A DNA stretch of 64,000 nt from Candidatus Saccharimonadales bacterium (GTDB taxonomy: Bacteria > Patescibacteriota > Saccharimonadia > Saccharimonadales > DATKHC01): the NCBI GenBank assembly GCA_038317055.1, contig JBBQBA010000002.1, forward strand, positions 182,967 to 246,966. The letters run 5' to 3'. The stretch's first letter is position 1. Each line of letters starts with the position of its first letter. This document shows positions 61,876-64,000 of the stretch, piece by piece. Both the position numbers and the translations under genes were made by a program. The notes below the pieces were generated by a model that worked only from the letters and a program-made list of their open reading frames with translations, was not told the origin of the DNA and searched no databases.

Positions 61876-62756
61876 GTAAAAACAAAGTCGATTTGATTGT
61901 TGTTATACCAATTGGTCCTGACAATAACGGTTCAGATACTATAGATAGTGTTTTTTGTTATTGTATAGAATCTGTAATTATTATTGCAGTTGACGATAGC
62001 AGATCGGTCAATACAAAAAAATATTTGGATAATGTAGACCCTAGAGTCATTAGGTTATCGTCTTCAGGATATAAGGGCATAAGAGGAGCGCTATGGCTGA
62101 ATCTTATAGATGCATATAAATTTGCTATCGAAAATTATAAATTCAAAGTTCTATTAAGAATTGATACTGATGGACTAGTAATTAATAGTCATCCAGAAAA
62201 AGATGCACTCAAATTTTTTAATAGTCATCCAGGTGCAGGAATGTTGGGCGCTTATAAGAAGCGTTCAGATGGTAAAAAAAGAAATTTTATAATTGTAGCG
62301 TGCATAATATTACGCGAAACAAGCATTTATGGAATAAGTTATCCCGATAGAAGAATCTTAATTAAGGAGTTGGTCAAAGAGGCAAGAAAAAAAGGTTATA
62401 GGCTAGGAGAACATTGTCAAGGTGGTGCAGTATTTCAGTCATATTCAGCTATTGCAGCAATGTATATAAATAATAAACTTAACTCTTCTAAATTCCAACC
62501 TATGTATAACAGTGCAATAAGTGAAGACCATTTATTTAGTCTTTTAACCATACTTTTAGGATTTACGCTTGAGGATTTTGCTACCGAAGGTCTTCCAATG
62601 GGCATAAAATGGCGTGGACTCCCAGATTCCCCAGAAAATCTAGTCTTACAAAACAAGAAGATTATTCATTCAATTAAATTCTGGCAGGATATGGACCAGG
62701 AAAAAATTCGTATTTTTTTTGCAAGGAAGCGTATAAACGACAACGAACAAGCTTAG
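61872..62756 (+). CDS. GT-A fold glycosyltransferase (GT2-like), exosortase-associated
   Basis: LIVVIPIGPDN, IAVDDS and RIDTDGLV (DxD). ATGA overlap with the exosortase-like gene. The ORF-track start at 61833 is probably too early. Confidence 0.5.
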   Translation: MSKNKVDLIVVIPIGPDNNGSDTIDSVFCYCIESVIIIAVDDSRSVNTKKYLDNVDPRVIRLSSSGYKGIRGALWLNLIDAYKFAIENYKFKVLLRIDTDGLVINSHPEKDALKFFNSHPGAGMLGAYKKRSDGKKRNFIIVACIILRETSIYGISYPDRRILIKELVKEARKKGYRLGEHCQGGAVFQSYSAIAAMYINNKLNSSKFQPMYNSAISEDHLFSLLTILLGFTLEDFATEGLPMGIKWRGLPDSPENLVLQNKKIIHSIKFWQDMDQEKIRIFFARKRINDNEQA

Positions 62757-62758
62757 CT

Positions 62759-64000
62759 ATGATTGGCAATAAAGGAAATATTATTAACGTATACAATCGC
62801 TTGATGCAGGATAGTTTACGCCGCAATTCCTCATTATTAATATTGAGTCAGGCAATAAATGCAGTTGGTGCATTCTTTTTTTGGGTCGTGTGTGCTCATT
62901 TATTCGGTGCAAACATTATTGGATTATCGATAGCATTCGTGAGCTTCGCAAATTTAATATCAACATTTACTAACCTTGGTTTACCTAATACTATTGTTCG
63001 ATTTCTAGCTAGAACCAAGGATAAGTGTGGATTATTCATAGCGGCTTTTTACATTGTTTTTTTCGTTTCAGTAGTTGGTGGATTACTATGCCTTATATTC
63101 GTTAAAACTATGCTACCAAAACTAGGGTTAATTCATTCATCCACTTTCTTATCCGTAACACTTGTATTGTTGGTAACATGTACAGCTCTTAGTTCGTTAA
63201 TGGATGGAACTATATTAGCATTTCGAAAAGGGGAGTATATTCTTGGTAAAGCTATTATTGTTAATGTACCGAGGATGATATTACCATTTTTTGTTGTATC
63301 TCTTGGCATAAAAGGAATAACTGGAGTTTATGCTATAGTTTTAATTGCAGGAATTTCTTATAACTTAATTATTACCAATAAAAGATTAATTAAACTTTAC
63401 CCATTAAAGCTTAACATTGGTGAGATTAAAAAACACAAAGCATATTCGATAAGTAATTACTTCGGAGGAATGTTGGGTGTATTGCCGGGCACACTAGTTC
63501 CAATAATAATAGTAAGTATTCTCGGTTCTGAATCTGCCGCATTTTTTTATATGCCAATGCAGATTGCCGCATTTCTTAGTATAATATCTAGTTCAACGTC
63601 TCAAGCACTCCTATCAGAGTCGGCACAAACTGAAAATGTAGTGAGTCACAAGAAATATTTCAGAAATGCATTTATTCATTTATATCGTTTGCTTATACCT
63701 GCAATACTTTTACTGTGCTTGCTAGGGTGGCCTTTACTAAGGATATATGGTGCTCAGTATGCTAAGGAGGGTTACATACCTCTTCTTATACTAGCCATTT
63801 CAAGCTTGTTTGTTGGGATAAATTGGCTTGGAGATACATGGCTTAATATCCAAAAACGTTCCAAGGCTTATTTTCTGATGAATGCATTTAATGCTTTTGC
63901 TGTAATTGGTTTTATACTAATTTTTGCTTCACACGGATTGGTGGCAGTTGGAATAGGATGGTTACTAGGGCAGGTCATATCCGCTGCAATATATTTTATT
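62759..64000 (+). CDS. Wzx-like polysaccharide biosynthesis protein / MOP-family flippase (3' partial, runs off the window)
   Basis: Manual translation from ATG 62759 gives 414 codons with no stop and more than 10 TM helices (MIGNKGNIINVYNRLMQDSLRRNSSLLILSQAINAVGAFFFWVV...). Absent from the ORF track because it is edge-truncated. Confidence 0.6.
   Translation, partial: MIGNKGNIINVYNRLMQDSLRRNSSLLILSQAINAVGAFFFWVVCAHLFGANIIGLSIAFVSFANLISTFTNLGLPNTIVRFLARTKDKCGLFIAAFYIVFFVSVVGGLLCLIFVKTMLPKLGLIHSSTFLSVTLVLLVTCTALSSLMDGTILAFRKGEYILGKAIIVNVPRMILPFFVVSLGIKGITGVYAIVLIAGISYNLIITNKRLIKLYPLKLNIGEIKKHKAYSISNYFGGMLGVLPGTLVPIIIVSILGSESAAFFYMPMQIAAFLSIISSSTSQALLSESAQTENVVSHKKYFRNAFIHLYRLLIPAILLLCLLGWPLLRIYGAQYAKEGYIPLLILAISSLFVGINWLGDTWLNIQKRSKAYFLMNAFNAFAVIGFILIFASHGLVAVGIGWLLGQVISAAIYFI

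Overview
This is a 64 kb, low-GC (about one third G+C by eye) bacterial chromosomal segment. The standard genetic code is in use (TGA serves as a stop, for example at atpG). Coding is dense on both strands, and many gene junctions overlap by 4 nt. I found no rRNA, tRNA, CRISPR array, transposase or integrase.

Recognisable housekeeping genes include an RpoD-like sigma-70 factor, a complete F1Fo ATP synthase operon (atpZ-B-E-F-H-A-G-[small ORF]-D-C, minus strand) and an oxidative pentose-phosphate operon (pgl-gnd-zwf). Also present are a class B penicillin-binding protein, a DacA-like carboxypeptidase, an LCP family protein, a type IV pilin, a UvrD-like helicase-nuclease, SmpB, TrhO and a P-type ATPase. 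Other recognisable genes are MscL, a MIP channel, a minimal potassium channel, two LLM-class flavin oxidoreductases and an ABC-2 exporter.

The gene content points to a small-genome, Gram-positive-type bacterium, possibly Patescibacteria or Saccharibacteria. That is inference only; it rests on the LCP protein, type IV pilin, exosortase-like gene, many secreted hypotheticals and a divergent sigma factor.

The most unusual content is:
- A 3' terminal locus (60.5-64 kb) encodes a small secreted protein with a PEP-CTERM-like tail (VPELG, hydrophobic helix, RRRQ). It sits directly upstream of an exosortase-family (XrtG-like) membrane protein, a GT-A glycosyltransferase and a Wzx-type flippase.
- A cluster at 5.2-10.7 kb holds four secreted proteins rich in Asn, Ser and Thr. 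They are built from a conserved sequon-dense repeat (N-T-T-A-G-N-A-T-S-G-N-A) and are flanked by GC-rich palindromes.
- A 77-codon acidic ORF is translationally coupled between atpG and atpD.
- Several islands consist only of hypothetical genes.
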